Below, one piece after another: positions 1 through 7,988 of a stretch of DNA of 64,000 bases. The position numbers and the translations under genes are program-made. The stretch lies in sequence record MK373782.1; one strand, 5' to 3'. Position 1 is the stretch's first letter; every line of letters starts with the position of its first letter. The notes under the pieces were generated by a model that saw only the letters and a list, made by a program, of their open reading frames with translations, was not told the DNA's origin and searched no databases. Source of the DNA: Escherichia phage vB_EcoM_KAW3E185.

Positions 1-429
1 AGGTGTCTGACGATACCATTTAGATTGGGCTAGATTTACTGCCGCTTCATCCCAACGTTTCTGTTGAAGCATACGAAGAGAATTAGTAAAACCGGCGACG
101 CCTGATATACCCATTTGGAAGACCATATTGACCAATGCACACCGACGAACCGCATCTAAAGAATCATATACCGGTTTAAGTTTAGCATTACCCAAGATTC
201 CGCGAACGGCTTTATCAACGTCTTCATTAAATAGCTTTTCAGCCTCATCAAGAGTAATTGTACCGTTGCATTTACGTCCGATCATTCTGTCAAGTTCAGC
301 TTTAGCTACGGCTAAAGACGGGTTCTTTGTTACTAAATGGCCTATGCCAATAGTCCAAAAGCCTTCGGTGTCTTTGTATAAAGTCAGTCTAAGACCTTCG
401 TCATTACGAAGCATTTCAAATATATTCAT
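1..429 (-). CDS. e: Lysozyme (endolysin) e, partial - C-terminal ~22 aa lie beyond window start
   Basis: Minus-strand translation from ATG at ~429 reads [23 protein letters not shown], matching the T4 lysozyme N-terminus; GGAGG Shine-Dalgarno upstream; not in ORF track because it runs off the window. Confidence 0.85.
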   Translation of the reverse strand, partial: MNIFEMLRNDEGLRLTLYKDTEGFWTIGIGHLVTKNPSLAVAKAELDRMIGRKCNGTITLDEAEKLFNEDVDKAVRGILGNAKLKPVYDSLDAVRRCALVNMVFQMGISGVAGFTNSLRMLQQKRWDEAAVNLAQSKWYRQTP

Positions 430-463
430 AATACCTCCCACGTTTATAGGAGGTATTTATTAC

Positions 464-922
464 TTATAGGAGTGTAGTGAGCACCTTATATAATGATTTG
501 CCCATTACATATTCCCATTGAGAAGGTTTAATTAAAGCGAATGCATCAAATTCAGGAATCTGTCGTCCGTCTGGGAATGTATGATAGGAATTACAAACAC
601 TGTTTCTGAATTGCTCGTGCTCTACAGGGATGGTATATAGGAACAGATGAATATTCTTATTGTCTGAGTAATGATGTTCACCTAGGTCTTTCAGGAAGGC
701 AGGGTCATATTGTGTAAACCCAGTTTCTTCTTCGCATTCACGAATAGCGGCTTCAATAGGAGATTCACCCGGCTCGACACGTCCTTTAGGAATATCCCAC
801 CGATGAGCTAAAGAACCTTTAGGACGAGAACCAGTTACACGCCCCATGAATAATTCTTTATCTTCGGTAAGGAAAATAATACCGGCTGATAGTTCTTTCA
901 CTTTATTTTTCTTACTCATCAT
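464..922 (-). CDS. nudE: Nudix hydrolase
   Basis: 152 aa; Nudix box GRVEPGESPIEAAIRECEEETGF; sits next to e as in T4 (e.1). Confidence 0.85.
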   Translation of the reverse strand: MMSKKNKVKELSAGIIFLTEDKELFMGRVTGSRPKGSLAHRWDIPKGRVEPGESPIEAAIRECEEETGFTQYDPAFLKDLGEHHYSDNKNIHLFLYTIPVEHEQFRNSVCNSYHTFPDGRQIPEFDAFALIKPSQWEYVMGKSLYKVLTTLL

Positions 923-1148
923 CTCGGTCCCATGATTTGGCCATTAATCCGGACATAAATTCTTCAATGCGCGTTTCTTTAGATGGACTTTCACTATTAG
1001 AGACCGCAAGTTTGTAATCTGCAATAGGACAGAACATATCAAGGTCCATATTAAGGTCGTCTTTGATTTTTTCTTCTGACACATCTTTATCGTATGTGTA
1101 CAGATAACTATCACATGATTCTGATTTAATGTAAATTGCTATACTCAT
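912..1148 (-). CDS. Hypothetical small protein (start 1148 or 1163)
   Basis: ORF track 912..1163; internal ATG (MSIAIY) has AGGAAT Shine-Dalgarno. Confidence 0.5.
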   Translation of the reverse strand: MSIAIYIKSESCDSYLYTYDKDVSEEKIKDDLNMDLDMFCPIADYKLAVSNSESPSKETRIEEFMSGLMAKSWDRDDE

Positions 1149-1624
1149 CTCAAATTCCTGCATTCGGTAATAAAACGTTCAACTTCATTATTCTTGGCTT
1201 TTATCTTGTCTTTATGTTCTTGTAAACTACTTTTAATAAGATTAATAATGATAGCGACAGTGCCGCCGCCAATGATGCCACCAATAATACTTACGATAGT
1301 AGATGCTAATAAGATAGCAATAATATCAACAAAACCGAAAGAACTCACCTTAGTACTAAAAAACCATACCGATGGTACAAATATAATCCATCCTGCTATC
1401 CATTGGCACTTATTGAAAAACTTTTCAAGATCAGCTTGAGTTGTTCGTATTACTTCATCGATAGGTTGATAACCGTTAATGTATCTGTTCACGATAATAC
1501 CTGCTGGCTGGTCGATTTTAAATTCTTGGCAAATACGTTTAACTAAGTAGGATGGACATCCTGTCCAATCTACTGAATAGTATGAAATACCTTTATTGCC
1601 GTCGTCTATATTATTGTTAATCAT
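1145..1624 (-). CDS. Membrane protein with C-terminal FITECR tail (family A)
   Basis: 159 aa; long hydrophobic segments; ends ERFITECRNLR; GGAAGG Shine-Dalgarno. Confidence 0.65.
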   Translation of the reverse strand: MINNNIDDGNKGISYYSVDWTGCPSYLVKRICQEFKIDQPAGIIVNRYINGYQPIDEVIRTTQADLEKFFNKCQWIAGWIIFVPSVWFFSTKVSSFGFVDIIAILLASTIVSIIGGIIGGGTVAIIINLIKSSLQEHKDKIKAKNNEVERFITECRNLR

Positions 1625-2310
1625 TACCAGCCTTCCATAGGGAATTCCAGATAAACTTGAGCGTTGACACGAATTTCATTGGTAATCTTTTTAACTCGGT
1701 CTGTATTACGAGATACACGTCCGAACCAACGCCATCCATTACTAATTGCACGAGAACCAGTGTGCCATGTTTGCCAATCAAACTGAAGAAGAGTACGGTC
1801 TGGAGCTTCCCATTTCTCTAGTTCACCTTTTTCAATTTTTTCGAGGACTTCTTTGTGCCACTGGCGATAGATAAGTTCGCCATCAGGAATCTGACTGAAC
1901 TCTGCAGTTCCTGTTGCAAAATGAGTAGGACACACATCAGCGTTAACAAGACCAAGAATATGTTCAGAATGGTAACGAGGGTTGTCATAGTCAGGTTGTC
2001 CTGCAGTAATAAAGTGTTGACCAACTGGAATATCAGGGCGAGGAACATCGTCATGGTGGTATCCAGGGATAGCAGGATACCACCCAGGCATCAGCATATG
2101 AACCCGAGAATCAAATACAACATGTTGATTAGTCCAATCAATTGGGAGATTGGCAATAAAGCTACGAGTGATTGAGCCACCATTATCCCAAGCAAAACCC
2201 AAATCACAATTAAAGAACATTGGTTCATTTTTGATTCGGTCATTTTGTACGTTATGTGCAAAACTACCAACTGCACGAGCTTGACTATTAAAAGTTTTAG
2301 AACTATTCAT
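1624..2310 (-). CDS. Hypothetical 228-aa protein, His-rich (possible metal-dependent enzyme)
   Basis: ORF with GAGGAAAA Shine-Dalgarno; motif PGYHHDD and several conserved-looking His/Asp; no TM segments. Confidence 0.6.
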   Translation of the reverse strand: MNSSKTFNSQARAVGSFAHNVQNDRIKNEPMFFNCDLGFAWDNGGSITRSFIANLPIDWTNQHVVFDSRVHMLMPGWYPAIPGYHHDDVPRPDIPVGQHFITAGQPDYDNPRYHSEHILGLVNADVCPTHFATGTAEFSQIPDGELIYRQWHKEVLEKIEKGELEKWEAPDRTLLQFDWQTWHTGSRAISNGWRWFGRVSRNTDRVKKITNEIRVNAQVYLEFPMEGW

Positions 2311-2311
2311 A

Positions 2312-2617
2312 TTATTTTCCTCGACATTCTTTAATGAAATTTTCTAGATTGGTAGATTCAATAGCTTTTTTACGAGCTTCTGCGTGTTCTTCTTCAGACA
2401 ATTTACATTTATAATTGACCCAGACGTTATGGTCGAAACTAGTCGTGGCATATAATAACAATGCTCCAACGAATAGCAAAAACGGCGATAAGAATACAAA
2501 ACCAGGAACACCATCCATACTGTAAGCCTTTTGTAATACTGCAACAGAAAGAGCTGCGTAAAAAAGTGATACAAATATTGTTAAAAGACCAATTCGGTTG
2601 GTTTCGCCTAATTTCAT
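2312..2617 (-). CDS. Two-TM membrane protein with C-terminal ENFIKECR tail (family A)
   Basis: 101 aa; two hydrophobic helices; ends LENFIKECRGK; GAGGAG Shine-Dalgarno. Confidence 0.7.
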   Translation of the reverse strand: MKLGETNRIGLLTIFVSLFYAALSVAVLQKAYSMDGVPGFVFLSPFLLFVGALLLYATTSFDHNVWVNYKCKLSEEEHAEARKKAIESTNLENFIKECRGK

Positions 2618-2626
2618 AATATTCTC

Positions 2627-2668
2627 CTCATGTTTTAATAGGACTACTATAACATAGTCCTATCAGTT
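2627..2668 (-). promoter_or_regulatory. Early promoter with stem-loop (PeSL-like cassette)
   Basis: Minus strand has a -35-like TGTACAAA, 17 bp spacer, TTATAGT -10, inside inverted repeat ATAGGACTA...TAGTCCTAT; approximate coordinates. Confidence 0.5.
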
Positions 2669-2675
2669 TGTACAC

Positions 2676-2876
2676 TTATTTTGACATTTCTTCGATGTCA
2701 CGACGATACCCATCACGAACTTCACGAAGAGCTTCAAGGCCACACATAGGCTCGATACCAGTAATGTGAACTTGATTAATCTGATACTCTACATCTTCTA
2801 ACTGAGCGAAAACATAACGACGTTCTGCTGCACAACCAGGTTTAGCTTTACCGAAACGTTTATTCAAAGTAGTCAT
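2676..2876 (-). CDS. Hypothetical small protein (66 aa from internal ATG)
   Basis: ORF track 2676..2894 begins at a GTG; internal ATG MTTLNKRF has GGAGAT Shine-Dalgarno. Confidence 0.5.
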   Translation of the reverse strand: MTTLNKRFGKAKPGCAAERRYVFAQLEDVEYQINQVHITGIEPMCGLEALREVRDGYRRDIEEMSK

Positions 2877-2902
2877 TTTTATATCTCCATTCACTCATTT
2901 GT

Positions 2903-2947
2903 TTTGATAGGTCTATAGTATCAACAACTACAGACCTTGTAAACTGT
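2903..2947 (-). promoter_or_regulatory. Early promoter with stem-loop (PeSL-like)
   Basis: GTTTACA, 17 bp, TACTAT on minus strand; inverted repeat AGGTCTGTAG...CTATAGACCT spans the -10. Confidence 0.55.
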
Positions 2948-2956
2948 TTTGTGAAA

Positions 2957-3913
2957 TTATTTGAAAGGTTTTACCATATGAAAGTTTTGTTTGAAACGCT
3001 TGACGTAATCGTCGTGTCCTAAGCTTTGGTACATACTTACTACTTTGCTATAATTTTCCCAAGCGAACTCACGGAACCATCCTGATGTGATTGATGTACA
3101 GACCTTTTCAAGGGCCATCATAAAACTATCACGTGGATGGATTTCAAAGTTATTAGGAATCTGAGAACGTTCTAACGCTAGTACACATGATTCTTCGTAT
3201 ACGCCGGCCAATTTGACCATTTCTGGTAATGATTCGAACTTCTCGCGTGAGGTCATGACTTCAGAACCATCTTTCATATAAAATGTATACGCTGGACGGT
3301 CTGTTAGTGCAATGGCTTCGTGAATAGTATCATGATCGTATGTGTAGATGTCATCTTTAAAGAATGCGCTTTTAGAAGTGTCAAGAACCGGGTGAGCATA
3401 ATTCAAAGTTTCTTTCTGGCGTTTCAGCATAATTTCAGTAAGTTCATCGTTCAGTGTAACACCTTTACCACGAAGATACTGAATATGGTTCATAGTCTTT
3501 AAAAAGAATGGATTATTTTTCTTGAAACGATGAGACATCTTAATTGCAAGACATATCTCAGGAGTTGCCCAGTAAAACCCGTTCAAACGGTCTTTAGTCA
3601 AATTTTTCTTGGCGTATTTTAAAAGGTCATAAGAAGACGTGAAATCTTCAGGAGTGAGTTCACCGACTAATTCACGGACATTAGTGATTGCCGGAACAAT
3701 ATATGCTTCAAAATGAGTTTCGCGTCCATTATGGAAGCATTTGAAAACTTGGACATCAGGGTTATCTTGGTGAACATATACACCCATCATTTGATTTTTG
3801 AATGCATTCCAAGAACCTTGGTCCGCAATAAAGTCCCAATCACTATTTTTAATAGCGCTAGAATCAATAAGACCGTGATAGTGAAGTGCACGAGAACCAA
3901 TAACTAACATCAT
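2957..3913 (-). CDS. Hypothetical 318-aa protein with possible nucleotidyltransferase-fold motif
   Basis: N-terminal hhhGS-x17-DWDF resembles the GS...DxD signature of Pol-beta-type nucleotidyltransferases; GAGGAAAA Shine-Dalgarno; assignment is speculative. Confidence 0.6.
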   Translation of the reverse strand: MMLVIGSRALHYHGLIDSSAIKNSDWDFIADQGSWNAFKNQMMGVYVHQDNPDVQVFKCFHNGRETHFEAYIVPAITNVRELVGELTPEDFTSSYDLLKYAKKNLTKDRLNGFYWATPEICLAIKMSHRFKKNNPFFLKTMNHIQYLRGKGVTLNDELTEIMLKRQKETLNYAHPVLDTSKSAFFKDDIYTYDHDTIHEAIALTDRPAYTFYMKDGSEVMTSREKFESLPEMVKLAGVYEESCVLALERSQIPNNFEIHPRDSFMMALEKVCTSITSGWFREFAWENYSKVVSMYQSLGHDDYVKRFKQNFHMVKPFK

Positions 3914-3941
3914 AATATTTTCCTCGGATTAATTCATTAAC

Positions 3942-4193
3942 TTAAATTTCACGACATGCGATATTATATTCATCCCAGAGGTCATCATGTGAAGCCTCTA
4001 CCAATGGAACGATTGTACCGTTTATGTCTTCATTATAAGGGCAAATTGTACAGTGCGCATCTTCGAATCGGATGCCTTTGTGTTCAGATTTTTTATAACG
4101 CATATCGAATATCTTTGCAAACTTTTCACGAGTAATGGTTTTAGCAACCACTTTAGTTCCGATACTTTCGTAATAAATCATTGTGGACTCCAT
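3942..4193 (-). CDS. Hypothetical small protein (C-terminus NIACREI, weak family A resemblance)
   Basis: 83 aa; preceded by a PeSL cassette. Confidence 0.55.
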   Translation of the reverse strand: MESTMIYYESIGTKVVAKTITREKFAKIFDMRYKKSEHKGIRFEDAHCTICPYNEDINGTIVPLVEASHDDLWDEYNIACREI

Positions 4194-4196
4194 TTG

Positions 4197-4246
4197 TTTT
4201 GATAGGACTACTATAACATAGCCCTATCTTGTTGTAAACTGTTTTA
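4197..4246 (-). promoter_or_regulatory. Early promoter with stem-loop (PeSL-like)
   Basis: GTTTACA, 17 bp, TATAGT with inverted repeat ATAGGGCTA/TAGTCCTAT. Confidence 0.55.
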
Positions 4247-4441
4247 GCAAGAATAACTAGATGATACCCAGCCTTGAACAGTGATACTATTGTGGGATAA
4301 TGAGATCGCGTCCTGGAGATTCAGACCTGCGTTATCTTCAATCCATAATGTAACTTCTTCGCGTTCTTCTGTTGCAATTTGGAACAGGTTTTCCAGAGCA
4401 GCTACTGCCGTACGTACAGCACAATCTAATTCACGAGACAT
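4244..4441 (-). CDS. Small protein, C-terminal GWVSSSYSC (family B, paralog 3)
   Basis: 65 aa; AAGGAA Shine-Dalgarno overlaps the stop of the upstream paralog. Confidence 0.65.
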   Translation of the reverse strand: MSRELDCAVRTAVAALENLFQIATEEREEVTLWIEDNAGLNLQDAISLSHNSITVQGWVSSSYSC

Positions 4442-4450
4442 ATTGTTTCC

Positions 4451-4723
4451 TTAGCAAGTGTGAGAAGATGCGACCCAACCACCGGTTTCGAGGCTCAGGT
4501 TGTAGTCGTATTGGTAAACGTCAGCCCATTCAGCATAGCCGTTTTTTGCACAACGTTCAAGATCGGCTTTAAGATGTCCGGGTGAATGATAGGTTCCACC
4601 CATACCATAAGCTGGGTACAAGTTGAATGTTGTGTTTTGTTTATCAGCAATTTCTTTGGCAGCCTCAATAGCTGCATAGATTTTTGCTACAGCTTCAGCC
4701 AGTTCGGTTTGTTCTTTAGACAT
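4451..4723 (-). CDS. Small protein, C-terminal GGWVASSHTC (family B, paralog 2)
   Basis: 90 aa; AAGGAA Shine-Dalgarno; internal similarity to 4733..5038. Confidence 0.65.
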   Translation of the reverse strand: MSKEQTELAEAVAKIYAAIEAAKEIADKQNTTFNLYPAYGMGGTYHSPGHLKADLERCAKNGYAEWADVYQYDYNLSLETGGWVASSHTC

Positions 4724-4732
4724 AATGATTCC

Positions 4733-5038
4733 TTAGCACAACGCAGAAGACGAAACCCAAGCACCTTCAGTAATAACGTATCCATTACCTTCACGCTTAA
4801 CATCGCCGCCATTATTTTCAATTTCATCTTTCATCCACTGGGATACGATTTCACCCTTAGGATAATAAGTACGACCGCTACCATAATCACCTACAGAAAA
4901 TGATACGGCATATTGGTCTGCGATCTTTGTTGCTTCTTCTTCGATACGTTCAGCTTGATTCAGAAGTTTATAAATTGCATCTGAAGCGGATTTGGCATCA
5001 TTAAACTCTGGTACTTTAATTTCAATAATCTTACTCAT
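4733..5038 (-). CDS. Small protein, C-terminal GAWVSSSALC (family B, paralog 1)
   Basis: 101 aa; start ATG overlaps the stop of the upstream gene (AAATGA). Confidence 0.65.
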   Translation of the reverse strand: MSKIIEIKVPEFNDAKSASDAIYKLLNQAERIEEEATKIADQYAVSFSVGDYGSGRTYYPKGEIVSQWMKDEIENNGGDVKREGNGYVITEGAWVSSSALC

Positions 5039-5394
5039 TTTCTACATTCCTTAATAAAGTTTTCGATTGTTTCATTTTCACGTTTAGCTAGAAGTTCATT
5101 ATAACTAATCATTTGAGAAGCGTAAATCTTTTTATTTTTCTTGTTATGGTTTATAAAATCGTAGTAAAAATAGACTACAGTACAAAATGATGCGATGGAT
5201 GCAAAGGCTTGGGTATACCGTAAGTCCTGCCATTGGTCTGTGAATCCACCAGTGTTCCCTATAAATCCTAACACAACGCCGTCAATAAGAAATCCAACTA
5301 ATCCAAAGGCAAATCCCATGCCAATACTCATAATAAAAATTAGAATGTTCTCACCAAGAGAAGGCCATACGGTTAAGAGTTGAGGCTTTTGCAT
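5035..5394 (-). CDS. Two-TM membrane protein with C-terminal ENFIKECRK (family A)
   Basis: 119 aa; two hydrophobic helices; AAGGAA Shine-Dalgarno. Confidence 0.7.
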   Translation of the reverse strand: MQKPQLLTVWPSLGENILIFIMSIGMGFAFGLVGFLIDGVVLGFIGNTGGFTDQWQDLRYTQAFASIASFCTVVYFYYDFINHNKKNKKIYASQMISYNELLAKRENETIENFIKECRK

Positions 5395-5768
5395 CTTATT
5401 TCCTTAACGAATTCCATAGCTTCTTCATATTCATACTTTTTAACAGCCTCGTCATATTGGGCTCTTGCTTTTGCACATTGAATTTTCCATTCACGTACTC
5501 GAGCTCTATAATGACGTCCTTGGTACCAATATCCCACCCAATTAATAGGCATTAATAAAAATGGCACAATAAACGACCCGGCTATAATAAGTAAAAACAC
5601 TGCATCAGACGATATAACTTCACTAGAATCTAAAACAGCTCCTATAATCATAAAGATTAAAAATGCTAAAGCTAAAATAGGGCCAAATAGTACTTCATTT
5701 GGGATTAATTTACGCTTGTATTCATACGCCCAGGGCTTACTTGGTATGTATAGGGTTGGCTTTGACAT
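5373..5768 (-). CDS. Two-TM membrane protein with C-terminal EFVKEIRCK variant tail (family A)
   Basis: ORF track 5373..5798 begins at a TTG; internal ATG MSKPT used; hydrophobic helices. Confidence 0.6.
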   Translation of the reverse strand: MSKPTLYIPSKPWAYEYKRKLIPNEVLFGPILALAFLIFMIIGAVLDSSEVISSDAVFLLIIAGSFIVPFLLMPINWVGYWYQGRHYRARVREWKIQCAKARAQYDEAVKKYEYEEAMEFVKEIRCKSLNS

Positions 5769-6339
5769 ATTCTCTACATTCCATAATAAATTGCTCAAGG
5801 ATTAAATTGTTAGTGAAATTAGGACTAACAACCATGGTTTCATAAAGCGCATCAATAGCACTTAAAGCATCAACTCTTTTAAGCAAAGGCTTGCCTTCAT
5901 ACATAGTTTCAGAATCGACGATTAACGTAAAGTAATATTTTTTATTATCGACTAGAACTTCTGTATCGATATAAAACATATTAGACCTCAGAAGCTTATC
6001 TCTAAAACCATAATAATCTTCTGAACGTTCACTGATATATTCCCATTCAGTGTTTAAACAACAAACAGACCATGTAGGAGCAACGAAATCAGTGAATCTA
6101 ATATCATGGTCTGCAACTAGTTTAGCAATAGCTCCGATATCATGAATCATAATACCTGGGGCTAATAAAGATTTTCTGCTATGGCTAGCCGTTTTCTCAG
6201 TAGTCTCATAAGAAGACGACCAGTACCATTTACGTCCGGTTGCAACATATCGTAATGAATCAACTAAAGACGTAGGTGGATTTACCTTATCTCGGAACTC
6301 TTCGAACATTGAGTCAATATCATTATTTTGGTTTCGCAT
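5737..6339 (-). CDS. Hypothetical 200-aa soluble protein with C-terminal EQFIMECRE motif (family A)
   Basis: ORF track 5737..6360 begins at a TTG; internal ATG MRNQNN has AAAGGAG Shine-Dalgarno. Confidence 0.6.
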   Translation of the reverse strand: MRNQNNDIDSMFEEFRDKVNPPTSLVDSLRYVATGRKWYWSSSYETTEKTASHSRKSLLAPGIMIHDIGAIAKLVADHDIRFTDFVAPTWSVCCLNTEWEYISERSEDYYGFRDKLLRSNMFYIDTEVLVDNKKYYFTLIVDSETMYEGKPLLKRVDALSAIDALYETMVVSPNFTNNLILEQFIMECREYVKANPIHTK

Positions 6340-6356
6340 GTTAACTCCTTTATTAT

Positions 6357-6380
6357 CCAAAAGGAGGACCGGAGTCCTCC
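6357..6380 (-). terminator. Intrinsic terminator hairpin
   Basis: Perfect palindrome GGAGGAC-CGGA-GTCCTCC followed on the minus strand by TTTTGG; approximate coordinates. Confidence 0.55.
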
Positions 6381-6388
6381 GTATTATT

Positions 6389-6982
6389 TTATTTCAAAGA
6401 GTTAATATATTCTTGTACATCAGCAGAAGTGGTTTCGACACCGGCTGGAGTGCCATTGAACGTTTCAACACGAGTCAGAGTGTCTTCGATATCAACCTTA
6501 GTCAGTGCAGCGATTTCAATTACATCATCAGCCGTAGAGATACCAAGGGCATTGGCTGCTCGAGTTTCACGAATGTATTCGAGTTTGATTGCCAGGTTCT
6601 GACGAGCATCGTCAAGTTCAACCACCTTACGAGCAATTTCAATTCGCATAGCGGCATACCCGTCAGCTTTTGTATTAAGTTGTTCGGCAGTTCGACGATA
6701 CAGAAGACCAAGCTTAGCATGCATGGTAACATCTTGTCCTTCGGCCAAGAGCTTACGAATTTCACGTTCCTTAGAAGCGGCTTGCTTATTCTTTTCAATA
6801 ACAAGTTCGCGAATACGTTTTTCTTCATTAATAGATTTAACAGAAGCCGTTTTTAGTTCTTTGATTTGGGTAATCAACTTATCTGCAGCTGCGTTATACT
6901 GTTCTTCGACAGTCAGATTTTTAGCCATAGCAGTACCCAGTTTAGTGCGGATGAATTCAACAAGTTTCTTCAGTGTGTTCAT
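6389..6982 (-). CDS. Coiled-coil protein (weak PspA/IM30-like character, speculative)
   Basis: 197 aa from internal ATG MNTLKK with AAGGT Shine-Dalgarno; highly charged heptad-like sequence. Confidence 0.6.
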   Translation of the reverse strand: MNTLKKLVEFIRTKLGTAMAKNLTVEEQYNAAADKLITQIKELKTASVKSINEEKRIRELVIEKNKQAASKEREIRKLLAEGQDVTMHAKLGLLYRRTAEQLNTKADGYAAMRIEIARKVVELDDARQNLAIKLEYIRETRAANALGISTADDVIEIAALTKVDIEDTLTRVETFNGTPAGVETTSADVQEYINSLK

Positions 6983-7052
6983 ATTATTACCTTTCAATTG
7001 GTGGTCTATTATCCAATGAGAGCATTATACTCTGCTCTCAAGAGTTTGTAAA

Positions 7053-7280
7053 TTATTTTTTAATCAAATTGACATAAAACTCGGCGTCTTCTGGGTGCAT
7101 GCCTTCACAGTATTCTTCAACCATGAACTTCTTAACAGCTTCATAAGGACCACTCAGATTAAGCTCAGTTGTCCAGAACTTGGAATCTTGGACCGAATCG
7201 ATACGAACGTCAGGGTGACGGTTGCGAATAACTTCTTCAGTATATTCATAATCAACGACATCAATACTAACTTTAGCCAT
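7053..7280 (-). CDS. Hypothetical small protein
   Basis: 75 aa; GAGGAAAA Shine-Dalgarno. Confidence 0.55.
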   Translation of the reverse strand: MAKVSIDVVDYEYTEEVIRNRHPDVRIDSVQDSKFWTTELNLSGPYEAVKKFMVEEYCEGMHPEDAEFYVNLIKK

Positions 7281-7326
7281 TTTGTTTTCCTCTTGATTTG
7301 ATGTGATTACTATAACATAAACTTAC

Positions 7327-7491
7327 TTAGATGTAAATTATTTCAACGTCACCTTTAGCGGCTTTATAACCTTCAGCCCAAGATACAACAGAGTTTTTAT
7401 CTGAGGATTCAAATTCAGGCATTGGACTTTCACCAATATTCACACAGTATGTTTCTTCATTTTCATCGAACCAAATAATTAAAGTAGTCAT
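7327..7491 (-). CDS. Hypothetical 54-aa protein (below ORF-track cutoff)
   Basis: Hand translation MTTLIIWFDENEETYCVNIGESPMPEFESSDKNSVVSWAEGYKAAKGDVEIIYI; GAGGAG Shine-Dalgarno; own upstream promoter-like cassette. Confidence 0.5.
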   Translation of the reverse strand: MTTLIIWFDENEETYCVNIGESPMPEFESSDKNSVVSWAEGYKAAKGDVEIIYI

Positions 7492-7559
7492 TTTGTTTAC
7501 TCCTCTGTAGTTGATAAGTCTATAGTATCACCATCCTTGGTGCTTGTACATCATTATTT

Positions 7560-7865
7560 TTAATTTTTCCAACTTAACAACTTGTAGTGGCCTTCATTCA
7601 TACGTGGTTTATCCCAAGAAATACTAATATATGATTCACTGTCAATAGAAGTCGCCGGGTTTTTCTCTACCGTAAGACCTTCACTTTCCAGCCATTCAAT
7701 AGTATTTGCACATAAATCAGAAGAACACCTAATCGGAAACCGGCAAGATTTTTCACCTTTAGCTGCAGCGTTATACATCTTTTCTAAAATACGCTTTTGC
7801 ACGTTTTTAAAAATAGTTTCAGCAGATTCTTCGGATTTTTTATTCAGTTCAGTATAAAGACTCAT
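7560..7865 (-). CDS. Hypothetical small protein
   Basis: 101 aa; GAGGAAAA Shine-Dalgarno; PeSL upstream. Confidence 0.55.
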   Translation of the reverse strand: MSLYTELNKKSEESAETIFKNVQKRILEKMYNAAAKGEKSCRFPIRCSSDLCANTIEWLESEGLTVEKNPATSIDSESYISISWDKPRMNEGHYKLLSWKN

Positions 7866-7867
7866 AA

Positions 7868-7918
7868 CATTTTCCTCTGCGGTTGATAAGTCTATAGTAT
7901 CATGTCCTTAGAAGAAGT
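7868..7918 (-). promoter_or_regulatory. Early promoter with stem-loop (PeSL-like)
   Basis: GTTTAC, 17 bp, TACTATAG on minus strand. Confidence 0.55.
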
Positions 7919-7953
7919 AAACATCTTTATGAAATATTTTTATGCCCTAGATA

Positions 7954-7982
7954 CCAAAAAGCCCCAACCGTAAGGAAGGGGC
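7954..7982 (-). terminator. Intrinsic terminator (copy 1 of a 29-nt repeat)
   Basis: Minus strand GCCCC-TT-CC-UUAC-GG-TT-GGGGC followed by TTTTTGG, directly downstream of 7989..8453. Confidence 0.65.
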
Positions 7983-7988
7983 ATTCTA

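Noticed and set aside
128-469. Plus-strand ORF of 113 aa
   Set aside because: Antisense to lysozyme e, which is confidently identified on the minus strand; no ribosome-binding site.
1145-6360. Explaining the FIKECR tail purely as a translated ribosome-binding site of the downstream gene
   Set aside because: Spacing between motif and downstream ATG varies from about -2 to +10 nt, and synonymous codon differences preserve the amino acids. Overlap with translation-initiation regions is real and may still constrain the sequence.
6338-7051. Plus-strand ORFs 6338..6856, 6723..7019 and 6866..7051
   Set aside because: Antisense to the minus-strand coiled-coil gene in a region where all supported genes are on the minus strand; low-complexity translations.
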